From Mobula hypostoma (taxonomy: Eukaryota), in assembly GCF_963921235.1 (NCBI RefSeq), contig NC_086097.1:119848001-119912000 (forward strand): DNA of 64,000 bases, written 5' to 3'. Made by a program: the position numbers and the translations under genes. A model generated the notes under the pieces. That model worked only from the letters and a program-made list of their open reading frames with translations, made no database searches and had not been told where the DNA came from. Shown in pieces: positions 1-11,030 of the stretch. The stretch's first letter is position 1. Each line of letters starts with the position of its first letter.

Positions 1-293
1 GATACTATCCCTAATTTCCCTTGTCAGCCACGGGTGCACTACCTTCCCTGATATATTCTTTTGCCAAACTGGGATGAACAATTGTTGTAGTTCATCCACG
101 CGATCTTTAAATGCTTGCCATTGCATATCCACCGTCAACCCTTTAAGTGTCATTTGCCAGTCTATCCTAGCTAATTCACGTCTCATACCTTCAAAGTTAC
201 CCTTCTTTAAGTTTAGAACCTTTGTTTCTGAATTAACTATGTCACTCTCCATCTTAATGAAGAATTCCACCATATTATGGTCACTCTTACCCA
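1..293 (-). mobile_element. CR1 LINE ORF2 fragment (same family as 32160-36215 and 49325-53230), runs off the window edge
   Basis: Near-identical to the reverse complement of ~33930-34222 and ~50925-51215 (region encoding LGKSDHNMVEFF...HPWLTREIRDSI). Confidence 0.93.
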
Positions 294-1588
294 AGTCAAG
301 AATATCACTGGTAAAAAGCTCCTCTGTTCTTCAGGTGGATGTTTGAAAGCAAAGGACAGTACCATTATCATGGAAAAATATGAGATTATGAACAAATGGA
401 CTGAGTATATTCAGGAATTGTTTGAAGACGATCGAGGTGAAAAATCAGAAATTAAGAAAAACATTGCAGGTCCAAGTATTTTAAAATCTGAAGCTCATAA
501 TGCAATAAATAAGATGAAGAAAGGAAAGGCAGCAGGTCCTGATGAATTAGTAATAGAACAAATTATCACCCTTAAAGATTATGGAATTGAAATTCTTACT
601 GATTTAATCAATGACAGTTATGAGACTGGAATAATACCAGCAGAGATGAAAAAATCAGTATTTATCACTCTTCCTAAGAAAGCTGGAGCAATAGAATGTG
701 AATTACATAGGACCATAAGTTTATTGAGTCTTATCACCAAGATACTTCAAAGAATTTTGATGACAAGAGTTAAAAGTAAGATACAAGCTGAAATAGGTAA
801 AGAACAATGTGGTTTTGTGAAAGACAAAGGTACAGGAAATGCAACATTGATGATAAGGATACTATCAGAACAAACTATTCAAGTGCAAAAAGATTTGTTT
901 GTTTGCTTTATCGACTACACAAAAGCATTTGATAAAGTGAAGCACAGTAAGTTATTTGAAATATTACAGAGAACTCTAGATCTAGATTTGAAAGACCTCT
1001 GCCTAGTCAGAAATCTGTACTGGAAACAAACTGCTGCTGTAAGAATAGATGGAGAAGTGAGTCAGTTTACCAAAATCAAGAGTGGCATTAGACAAGGGTA
1101 TGTTTTCTCCCCTGATTTATTTAACGTGGACTGTGGAACAATATTACAAAAAATAGGAGACATCTTGGGAATCAAAGTTGGCAGAGAAAACATCAATAAT
1201 TTCAGATATGCAGATGACACTGTGTTAATTGCAAGTATGGAGGAAGAACTACAAAACTCAATTGATATAGTTGTTGAGGAAAGTGCAAAAATGGGCCTAT
1301 CTATCAATTACAAAAAGACAGAATGTATGGTGGCATCTGAAAAGAAGGAGAATCCTATCTGCAGGCTGAGAATAAACGGGGAGGACATAAAACAAGTACA
1401 AAACTTTTGTTACTTAGGAAGCTGGGTGACATCAGATGGCAGCTGCGACATGGACATCAAAAAAAGAATAGGGATGGCAAAAGACACCTTTATGAGAATG
1501 AAGAGTATACTGACCAATACTAAGCTAGGCATGACAACCCGCCTCAGAGTACTGAAATGTTACGTTTATCCAGTTATCTTATATGGCT
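294..1588 (+). mobile_element. RTE-clade LINE, 5'-truncated, RT region (5' half, interrupted by HERO insertion)
   Basis: ORF 277-1746 has non-LTR RT motifs: KAAGPD, HRTISLLS, EQCGF, FIDYTKAFDKV, GIRQG, NNFRYADDTVL, FCYLGS, YPVILYG. After 1588 the reading frame runs into unrelated sequence. Confidence 0.9.
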
Positions 1589-4500
1589 GTGTACATACAT
1601 CTATTGATGCTTCTGGACACATCTTCAGTGATGTTCCTGGAATCATCGGGTGTTTCGGGTCTTTCAACATCATACAACCTACTCCAGGTGACCCAGCCGG
1701 AGCTGATCAGACCCCAGCTTGTGTCCAGATGGCTAGCTACTTATGACTCCATGGCTCCCCTCTTTTGAGCCACAGCCATCTTGAGGCCCTCTCTGCCACA
1801 TCGGTGGTACTGCGGATGGCTCTCCTCTTCCTCTCTCCCTCGATGCCCAAAACGCTGAAGGCTCTAACTAAAGAATGGGCTATGAATCCCCTACAACCAA
1901 CCTCCACTGGGAGACACCTCGCTCTCCATCCAGCCTGCTGACAGTTGCTGACCAGTCCTGCGTACTTGGAGAGCTTCCTTTCAAAGGCCTCCTCCAAGCT
2001 ATCTTCCCATGGGACTGCCAGCTCCAGCAGCACCACTTGCTTAGTAGACTCAGACACTAGGACAATGTCTGGTCGCAGGGTGGTGGCTGCGATATGGTTG
2101 GGGAACTTCAGCTGCCCTTCGAGGTCCACCAACAGCTGCCAGTCCCTTGCAGAGGTCAGAATGCCTGCAGATGTCCTTTTGGCAGGTATTGGCTGCTCCC
2201 CAGCTCTGACAAAGGCAATGGTCTGCTTGGAGGGTCGGGACCGCTTCGCCCACTCAACTCCTGCGCTGACGGCTTCAGCGACGGTCTTCAGGACCTGATC
2301 ATGCCTCCACCTGTACCGTCCCTCACCAAGTGCCCTTGCACAGCCACTGAGGATGTGCTCCAGGGCTCCTCGCTTGGAGCACAGTGGGCACGCAGATGAC
2401 TCTGCCTTGCCCCATGTGTGCAGGTTTGATGGGCTTGGAAGCACATTGTACACTGTCTGGATGAGAAATTGGATGCGGTGTAGTTCAGCTTTCCAAAGAT
2501 CAGCCCAGGTCATTTTCCTCTCCACCCATTCTCCCATCTTGTCCCAGCTCCCTGTTGCTTCATTCCCACCGCCTTGCAGGCTCTCATCTCCTCCACTACT
2601 GCCCTCACCTCCTCCTGAACTAGACGACGCCTTTCCTCCCCTATGGTGTCCATTTGGGGAGTTGGAAAGGATCCTAGCCCAGCTTGGCCTTGTGTGACCA
2701 TGGCCACCAGCCTCCTGTGACGCAGCCTCGCCTCTGCCTCTGAACAGCTTCCTCTGCCTTCCACTTCCTGCCAGTACTTACTTGGATCCCTGCTCTAGCC
2801 ACCTTCGGGTCACTTGAGTCCCTATACTGTAGCACTTCTCTGGCTCTTGTTACCTTGAATTCTTCCTCCAAGGATTTGAAGGGCAGTTGCAGTTTGTTGT
2901 GGTGTCCATAGAGTGCGATGCTGCTCAGGCTCTTTGGCAGCCCCAGCCATCTCCTGAGGTGGTTGCTAACCCTCCTCTCTAAGGTTTCGACTGTCGAGAT
3001 CGGAACTGCATAGACGAGGAGGGGCCACAGGATTCTGGGAAGAATGCCATGCTGATACACCCAGGCTTTAAACTTCCCAGGTAGGCCAGACTTGTCCACA
3101 GATTTCGGCCAGCCATCCAACTCGGTGCAGGTTGCCTGAATGGATGTTGTGTCCCTTAGAGAGCTGTCAAAAACTTTGCCTAAGCTCTTGACTGGCTTTT
3201 CTGTGATGGTTGGGATGGCTGTGCCTGCGATGCTGAACTGGAACTTGAACTCCACCTTCCCTTTCCTCAGCACCATCGATCTTGATTTGGCAGGTTTGAA
3301 ACGCATCCGGGCCCACTCCACCAGCTTTTCGAGCCCTTGCAGAATCCTCCGGCAGCCTGGGACTGATTCTGTGGTGACTGTGAGGTCATCCATGAATGCC
3401 CTGATAGGTGGTTTCTGTTGAGCGGAATTCATTCTGGGCCCTCTGCACTCTGGTTCAGCAGACTTAGTGAGCATGTTCATGGCTAGGGAGAACAGTGACA
3501 CTGAGATAGTGCACCCTGTGATGATGCCAATCTCCACCTTGTGCCAAGTTGATGTAATTGATCCTGAAGAAACCCTCATCCTGAAGTTGCTGTAATAATC
3601 AGCGATAAGGTCTCTGATTCTGCTGGGGACATGATATTTGGTCAGTGTGAGCTGCACCAGCTTGTGCGGAATGGAGCCATATGCATTTGCCAGGTGGAGC
3701 CACAACACTGACAGGTTGCCCTTGTTCTCTCTGGCCTCCCTGATGAGCTGTGTCACCACACCGGTGTGCTCCAGACTGCCCGGCATCCCTGAAATGCCAC
3801 CCTTCTGGACTGATGTATCAATATAGGTGTTCTTTGCTAGGTAGGTGCACAACCGGTTGGAAACTGCACTGAAGAAGATCTTCGCCTCGACACACAACAG
3901 GGAGATGATGCGAAACTGATCTACCTGGATGGCATTTTCCTCCTTCGGGATCCATTCCCCTTCAGCCACTCTCCACTGTTCTGGGATCTTCCCCCTTCTC
4001 CAGAAGATTCTCAGGACCTTCCACAGATGCAGCTGGAGTTTTGGGCAGTTCTTTACACTTTGTATGAGGTGTTGCTTGGTCCTAGAGCCAAGCTTGCCCT
4101 TGCTTTGCGGACGACCTCTCTGACTTCCTTTAGTTGCAGCTCTGACATGTCGAACTGCACATCCGGTTCTGGTGGGTCTATTAGGATGTCGCACTCTCCC
4201 AACTCCTGCTCTCTTTCAGGATCATTATATATCTTCTTCAGATGTTGGTCTATGTCTTCCTGCGAACAGGCCAGTTTCCCACTGTGCTTCTCCCCCAGCA
4301 ACTCCTTGGTGAACTTGAAGGTGTTGGCGATAAAGGCAGCACGTTTTCGGGCCCTTTCAGGACACCGTCTCCGATGCCACTCTGCCCGGCGGAGGACCCT
4401 GATCTTCTTTCGTAGTATGCTCATCAGCTGGGCCAAGCCATTGCGCTCCTCTTCTCCTGCCTCCTTGTATTGGGACTTCAGTGCTTTCATCTCCTGCCGG

Positions 4501-5219
4501 ATGTTGTGGATCCTCGATGCTCTTTGGTTCTTCGAGTAAGATGTTTTGGAGCCTTCCTTCTCCTCTTCTCCAAACCGTTCAGCTGCGATACTGACAATAA
4601 TTGTTGTCATGGCTTGCAGCTTCCTATCAACCCCTCCCTTTGCCGTTGCCTCCAGAATTTGGTTAACATCTTCATCAAACTGCTTCCACAGTGAAGTCAT
4701 GTTAGCTGCAGGCCATTTGATCTGCCTCCTTTTAGACTTCATGTTCGAGGGATTAGTTTGCAACACTTGGAGGTTCCGGGCACTATGGGGTGATTCCGGG
4801 CCTGGCCCCTCCTTTGTCTCACCAGGTTGGACACCTGCGCGTTGTGCTGCTCCTGCTCCCGCCAAACACTTCATCCTCGCTTGGTGGATCTTCAAGCCGC
4901 GATCGTTCTTGCAGATTTTGCCACATGCACACTGCTTCCTCATCGTCGTTTGTTCATTGCCTGGGTCTGATGTCGTTGTGTCCATCCGACTGGGGTGCTC
5001 ATCCTCCCCCCCTCTCGGGCACCCCTGGGAGTATCTTTTCCTTAGATTTTTTGTGGCTTTTGTGGGGGTCCTCCTCTCAGAGGACGCAGATTGGGTTGCC
5101 AGCCCGTTCTGCCCTGGTTGCCGTCTCTCCGGGCTGTCACTGACTCTCCAGTCATCACCACTCTTTTCGTGGTTGTCACCCAGTCTTTCCTGGCTGTCAC
5201 TGATTAACTCAGGGTGTAA
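1586..5219 (-). mobile_element. HERO-like RLE non-LTR retrotransposon, apparently full length (copy A)
   Basis: Single long frameshifted ORF with N-terminal zinc finger, RT, CCHC and PD-(D/E)xK-type nuclease; ~235-nt 5' leader (4986-5219) and ~150-nt 3' UTR (1586-1736). HERO assignment rests on motif style and needs an RT tree. Confidence 0.85.
1737..4985 (-). pseudogene. HERO ORF (ZnF-RT-CCHC-RLE), broken by three frameshifts (~4060, ~2745, ~2540)
   Basis: Consecutive ORFs: 4053-4985 (CACGKICKNDRGLKIHQARMKC), 2674-4194 (FRIISLL, VQKGG, LANAYGSIPH, GIITGCTIS, AFMDDL), 2510-2764, and 1737-2537 (CPLCSKRGALEHILSGC, RWRHDQVL, LRPDIV, LELAVPWE, RKLSKY, VEVGCRG). Confidence 0.9.
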
Positions 5220-5775
5220 GCTGTGTACATGCTTCTGGACACATCTTCAGTGATGTTCCTGGAATCATCCGGTGTTTCGGGTCTTTCAACATCATACAAC
5301 CTCCTCCAGGTGACCCAGCCGGGGCTGATCAGACCCCAGCTTGTGTCCAGATGGCTAGCTACTTATGACTCCATGGCTCCCCTCTTTTGAGCCACAGCCA
5401 TCTTGAGGCCCTCTCTGCCGCATCGGTGGTACTGCGGATGGCTCTCCTCTTCCTCTCTCCCTCGATGCCAAAAATGCTGAAGGCTCTAACTAAAGAACGG
5501 GCTATGAATCCCCTACAACCGACCTCCACTGGGAGACACCTCGCTCTCCATCCAGCCTGCTGACAGTTACTGACCAGTCCTGCGTACTTGGAGAGCTTCC
5601 TTTCAAAGGCCTCCTCCAAGCTATCTTCCCATGGGACTGTCAGCTCCAGCAGCACCACTTGCTCAGCAGACTCAGACACTAGGACAATGTCTGGTCGCAG
5701 GGTGGTGGCTGCGATATGGTTGGTGAACTTCAGCTGCCCTTCGAGGTCCACCAACAGCTGCCAGTCCCTTGCAGA
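5220..5775 (-). mobile_element. Second, 5'-truncated HERO copy (copy B: RLE C-terminus plus 3' UTR), directly upstream of copy A
   Basis: Direct repeat of 1586-2153 with roughly a dozen substitutions and one 12-nt deletion. Confidence 0.93.
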
Positions 5776-6172
5776 TGTTGGACAATATCTAGTAGCATGA
5801 GGAAACGAATTGAAGCAGCAGAGATGTGGTTTTTGAGGAGGATGCAAAGAATATCATGGATGAAACGAATTTCTAACGAGGATGTCATGAACAGAGCAAA
5901 CACAAAAAGAGGAATAATGTATGAGATCATGAAAAGGCAACATAACTTCATTGGACATGTGATTAGGAAAGAGGAGTTAGAATGCACGGTAATTATGGGA
6001 AAGATTGAAGGGAAGAAAGCAAGAGGAAGACAAAGACAAATGATAATGGAGACAGCAGCTAGAGAACTGGAAATGTATACCAATGAATTGATCCACTTGA
6101 CTCGAAACAGGAGTATGTAGGCCATGGCAGTCAAAGCTCAGACTGGGCATGGTACCTGATGATGATGATGAT
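5772..6172 (+). mobile_element. RTE LINE 3' half with (GAT)n tail
   Basis: Encodes CWTISSSMRKRIEAAEMWFLRRMQRISW...GHVIRK...GKIEGKKARGRQR, which continues YPVILYG from 1588; ends in tgatgatgatgatg. Confidence 0.9.
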
Positions 6173-6274
6173 TATATTGTACATTCAGTACTACCAATTT
6201 GGCAAGAATTCTTATGTATTTAGAAAAAAAGATAGAAAGTTTAGCTTTTTTCAACACAACAGATTCTGTAGATG

Positions 6275-6380
6275 AGTCCTAATGAAGAATCGTGGCCTGA
6301 AAAATCGATTGTTTATTCCCTTCCATAGATGCTGCCTGACCTGTTGAGTTCCTCCAGCATTGTGTGTGTGTTGCCCAAGA
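6275..6380 (+). mobile_element. Degenerate Penelope pseudo-LTR fragment
   Basis: agtcctaatgaagaatcgtggcctgaaaaatcgattg...gatgctgcctgacctgttgagttcctccagcattgtgtgtgtgttgc resembles 38836-38932. Confidence 0.7.
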
Positions 6381-6417
6381 TTAGCATTAGCATTATTTGT
6401 CACATGTACGTCAAAAC

Positions 6418-6695
6418 AGGGAACAGCTTCTCCCCCTGTGCTATCTGATTCCTAAATGGACATTGAACCTATGAACACTACCTCTCTTTTATGATATATA
6501 TTATTTCTATTCTTTGCATGATTTTTAAAAATCTATTCAATATACATATACTGTAATTGATTTACTTATTTGTTTATTATTATTTTATTATCTTTTTTCT
6601 TCTTCTTCTATATTATGTATTGCATTGAATTGCTGCTGCAAAGTTAACAAATTTCATGACACATGCCGGTGATGATAAACCTGATTCTGATTCTG
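6418..6695 (+). mobile_element. Rex1/Babar LINE 3' end with (GATTCT)n tail, inserted in a minus-strand SINE remnant (~6385-6950)
   Basis: Matches the reverse complement of 19610-19880 and 44935-45170. Confidence 0.75.
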
Positions 6696-7679
6696 AAATG
6701 TACTGTTGGAGTCAATGACCAATAGAGTCCAAATATGCGTTGGGGGCAGCCCACAAGTGCCACTACACTTCCGACACCAACATAGCATGCCCACAACTTA
6801 GTAAACCCATATATCTTTGGAATATAATAGGAGACTGGAGCACCTGGAGAAAATCCCCAATCCCCAACCATATAGACAGTGGTGGGAATTGAACGCTGGT
6901 TGTTGACTGCTGGTAAAGTTTTATGGTAACTATTATGCTACTGTGTCACCTCATTCTGGTCTCTAAAATAATTTGGAGATAGTCATGGAAACTGTAATGC
7001 CACTAAAATAAATGGGTGTATTTTGATGACATCATTGTCTATGTCCTTTAGAAGCTTCATAATCAAGCTTTGGGCCTTCTCCAGGCTGCGGCAGGGTTCA
7101 GAGCTGAGGACTCAATTTTGGTTCGGATTATTCTTTTTCATTTTAATTGTTTGCATGATATGTTTCTTTTCTTTCTCTTGCTTATCAGGTGTTGGTCTTT
7201 TACTTCTATTTTTATTCTTTTTTTCCTTAATTGGGTTCTTTTAGGTTTCTTGCTTTGTGGCTACCTGTGAGCAAACAAATCTTAAGGTTGTATAATTCTT
7301 TAATAATAAATGTACTTTGAACTTTGCAGTGAGCAATCCCTACTGGAGAACATTTTCAACCCCTTCCTATTGTATATCTAAAACATGGGGATCTTTAAGT
7401 TAAAAAAGTTAGAAATTTTTCTACAAGCTGTTTTATTTACTAATTACATCGTGTAGAGAATAGTGAAATTTCACCGCACATAACACAGTCCACTAATTCT
7501 CAAAGTCCACTATTCCTCCGAAGAATTAACAAACATAACTTTGGTAGGATTTAAACTAAGAGGATTTTTGTTCCCATCTTCTCAATCCACCTTCAAAACT
7601 TGCTATTGTGTTTGGGTGGGGTGGGGAAATTAAGCCTTTAGACAGTTTAAACGTGCACTTTAATGTATATATACACATA

Positions 7680-8702
7680 CAATGGCATGCAAAAGTTTGG
7701 GCACCCTGGTCAAATTTCTGTTACTATGAATAGCTAAGCGAGTAAAAGATGACCTGATTTCCAAAAGGTATAAAGTTAAAGATGACACATTTCTTTAATA
7801 TTTTAAGCAAGATTACTTTATTATATTCCTGCGTCCTCACCACAAAATTCAGCATCAGGAGTTTGCAAAGGAACATCTAAACAAGCCTGATGCATTTTGG
7901 AAACAAGTCCTGTGGACTGATGAACTTAAAATAGAACTTTTTGGCTGCAATGAGCAAAGGTATGTTTGGAGGAAAAAAGGTGCAGAATTTCATGAAAAGA
8001 AAACCTCTCCAACTGTTAAACACAGGGGTGGATCGATCATGCTTTGGGCTTGTGTTACAGCCAGTGATATGGGGAACATTTCACTGGTAGAGGGAAGAAT
8101 GAATTCAATTAAATACCAGCAAATTCTGGAAGCAAACATCACACCGTCTGTAAAAAGCTGGAGATGAAAAGAGGATGGCTTCTACAACAGGATAATGATC
8201 CTAAACACACCTCAAAATCCACAATGGACTACCTCAAGAGGTGCAAGCTGAAGGTTTGGCCATGACCCTCACTGTTCCCAGACCTAAACATCATTTAAAA
8301 TCTGTGGATAGATCTCAAAAGAGCAGTGCATGCAAGACGGCCCAAGAATCTCATAGAACTAGAAGCCTTTTGCAAGAAAGAAAGGGTGAAAATCCCCCAA
8401 ACAAGAATTGAAAGACTCTTAGCTGGCTCAGAAAGCATTTACAAGCTGTGATACTTGCCAAAGGGTGTGTTACTAAGTACTGACCATGCAGGGTGCCCAA
8501 ACTTTTGCTTCAGGCCCTTTTCCTTTTTTGTTATTTTGAAACTGTACAGGATGGAAATAAAAAAGTAATTTTGCTTAAAATATTAAAGAAATGTGTCCTC
8601 TTTAACTTTATGCCTTTTGGAAATCAGTTCATGTTTTATTCGCTCAGCTATTCATAGTAACAGAAATTTTGAACGGAGTGTCCAAACTTTTGCATGCCAC
8701 TA
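7680..8702 (+). mobile_element. Tc1-family DNA transposon, internally deleted, IR/DR type
   Basis: TA-flanked ~150-bp inverted termini (caatggcatgcaaaagtttgg / ccaaacttttgcatgccact). Transposase remnant ~7830-8480: [45 protein letters not shown], with stops and frameshifts. Confidence 0.92.
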
Positions 8703-9404
8703 TATGGACTCACTTTCATGAAGATGTCCATGATGGTGAGGAGGTGAGTGCCCATGCTGAAGCTAGCTGAGTTTACAATCCACTGCACCTTTTTCTCCTG
8801 ATTGTTTGCTGTAGCCACTCCATACTAGATGGATGGTGCAACCAGTCACAATGTTTTCTATGGTACATCTGCATAAATTTGCTCGAATCTTTGTTAGCAT
8901 ACCCATCTTAGAGACATACAGTATGAAAACAGGGCCTTCAGCCCATCATGTCCACACTAACCACTGAACACACATTTATTCTATTACCATTTTATACTCC
9001 CAATCTTCCTATCAATCCTTTCCCTAAATTTCATCTACACTAAAGGCAATTTACAGTAAATAACAAATCTGCCAACCCATGCATCTTTGGAACATAGAAG
9101 GAAACCAGAACCCCTGGCAGAAAATCATGTGTCACCCTGGAATGCTGAATCTGTAAGATAGTAGCACTTCACCCTGCCCAGCAATTAAAATGTGGATCCA
9201 TTCAAGGAGTGCTCCAGGTGAGGCACAGCATCCAACTACAAGTTCAAGTTTATTATCATTCAAACATACACATGCATACAGCTAAATGAATCATCGTCCC
9301 TCTGAGGCCAAAGAGCAAACACAATACATATGGTCAAACAAAACACATATAATTACAATCCAGCACAAAATAACATTTGTGCGAACTCCTCATTGGTGTG
9401 GCCT

Positions 9405-9685
9405 GAAGAGCGGTACAGTATTGTGGTTAGCACAACCCTTTACAGTACCAGTGACCCAGGTTCAATTCCCGCCACTGTCTGTAGGGACACTGAATGTTCT
9501 CCCCATGACTGCATGGCTTTCCTCTGGGTGCTACGGTTTCCTCCCACACTCCAAAGAAATATTGGCTGGTAGTTTAATTAGTCATTGTAAATTGTCCCAT
9601 GGTTAGGCTGGAATTAAATCAGGGGATTGCTGGGCAGTGCAGTGCATTGGGCCAGAAGAGCACATTCTGCACTGTATTTCAAAAA
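9405..9685 (+). mobile_element. tRNA-derived V-domain SINE (HE1-like)
   Basis: A-box-like tgtggttag, B-box ggttcaattcc, V-domain-like ctttcctctgggtgctacggtttcctcccaca. Related copies at ~17950-18260 (+), ~46015-46235 (+), ~62430-62680 (-), ~8910-9170 (-). Confidence 0.75.
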
Positions 9686-11030
9686 AGTACAAACAATAAA
9701 AGATGAAAAGTGTCCAGCGTAGGATGGGAGTGTGCCTTTGTGTTGGAGAATGGGGGAGAGTTTACAGCCAGGGTGTACTTGTGTGCTGGGTGGCAGCAGG
9801 GTGTCAAGACACCTAACAGCCTGGGGGAATAACCCAGCCTGACAGTTCTGGAATGAATGCAATGCAGTTTGCTGTGATGGCCACCATACAGTCAAATGAC
9901 AGTCTATATGCTATCAGTTCATTAAGGCACTGCAATCAGCTTTAACTAAAACATTCCTAAAGTCTATTAATACCTGAATATTGATGTGGTGTACAGGATC
10001 TTTAGCCAAGCATTCAATTTATTCCTTTCAGGTCTGTGATTGTACTGAAAACATCTACATTCACTGCCTATTCCTAAGTGGCCATGAATTAATGTGAAAA
10101 CATTCAGAATGCCGTCAGCACACTGACAATATGCTTAGCTGGGCACAGAATAGGTTAATCCGATTTCATTAAAATGAATGCAAAATTGCTTCACGTCAGA
10201 TTTTGGAATTCATTCCTTTAATAAATCAACTTGATGTATGCATTCTGACAAGGAAATGAAAGTAATACTAGTTGTGAAAAGGATCCATGTCAATTTACTT
10301 CATAAAAAATACTGACATTTGGCTGATCACTTTTACATTTGAATGGGAAATACTCACCAGGTCAGGTAGCATTTATGAAGAGAGAAATTTATTATTTCAG
10401 GTCAACAATCTTTCATCAGAGTGGAAGTTGAAAGTAGTCTCCATGGACATTTTCCTTCTTGATGCCTGAGAGAATATAATGTTCTTCCGAATGTTGCTGA
10501 ATGTATTAAAAGTACACTGTCATTTGCTAATACTTGCAAGGGTACTTCAATATACCACACTAACCTACCTCCCTCCCAAACTCCATATGTGCCACACCAA
10601 TACACGCACGATGCAATAATATTATATCCAATCTCGTGCAATGATTCACAGTCTTTTTTGCTGAACTTTTTCTCTGGCATCTCCCCACTTAGTTGCAACC
10701 ATTGAGTGAAAGGATATGTTCTTCAAGGCATGTACTATCAAACAGCTGCTTAAAACAACTGTGCTTAATAGAAGAAAGTAACACTTCATCTAAAGGTTAT
10801 TATGAGCCTGCTTGCTGATATGCTATCCTCAGCTGTCAACATCTCTGAAGATCTGCCCTGGGTCCAACATATTGATGCAATTACAAAGAAGGCATTAACA
10901 GTGACTATATTTCATTAGGAATTTGAGGATACTTGTAATGTCACCAAAAGCTCTTGCAATTATCTACAGCTATACTATGGAGAGTATAGCTAAGAGACTA
11001 CAGACAGTATAGTCTATGGAGAGCTATACT

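Noticed and set aside
277..1746. 489-aa ORF as an intact gene
   Set aside because: Chimeric: starts in CR1 antisense, body is truncated RTE RT, and the last ~50 aa read through the HERO 3' UTR antisense.
5276..5300. Hammerhead in the HERO 3' UTR (AUGAUGU...GAAAC)
   Set aside because: No CUGANGA core and the helix topology does not fit a hammerhead.
1586..5775. True LTR retrotransposon, given the long direct repeats
   Set aside because: The repeat includes coding sequence, lacks TG..CA ends, PBS, PPT and integrase, and the RT is non-LTR type.
5359..5847. 162-aa stand-alone nuclease gene
   Set aside because: N-terminus is antisense RTE sequence; the rest is the truncated HERO copy B.
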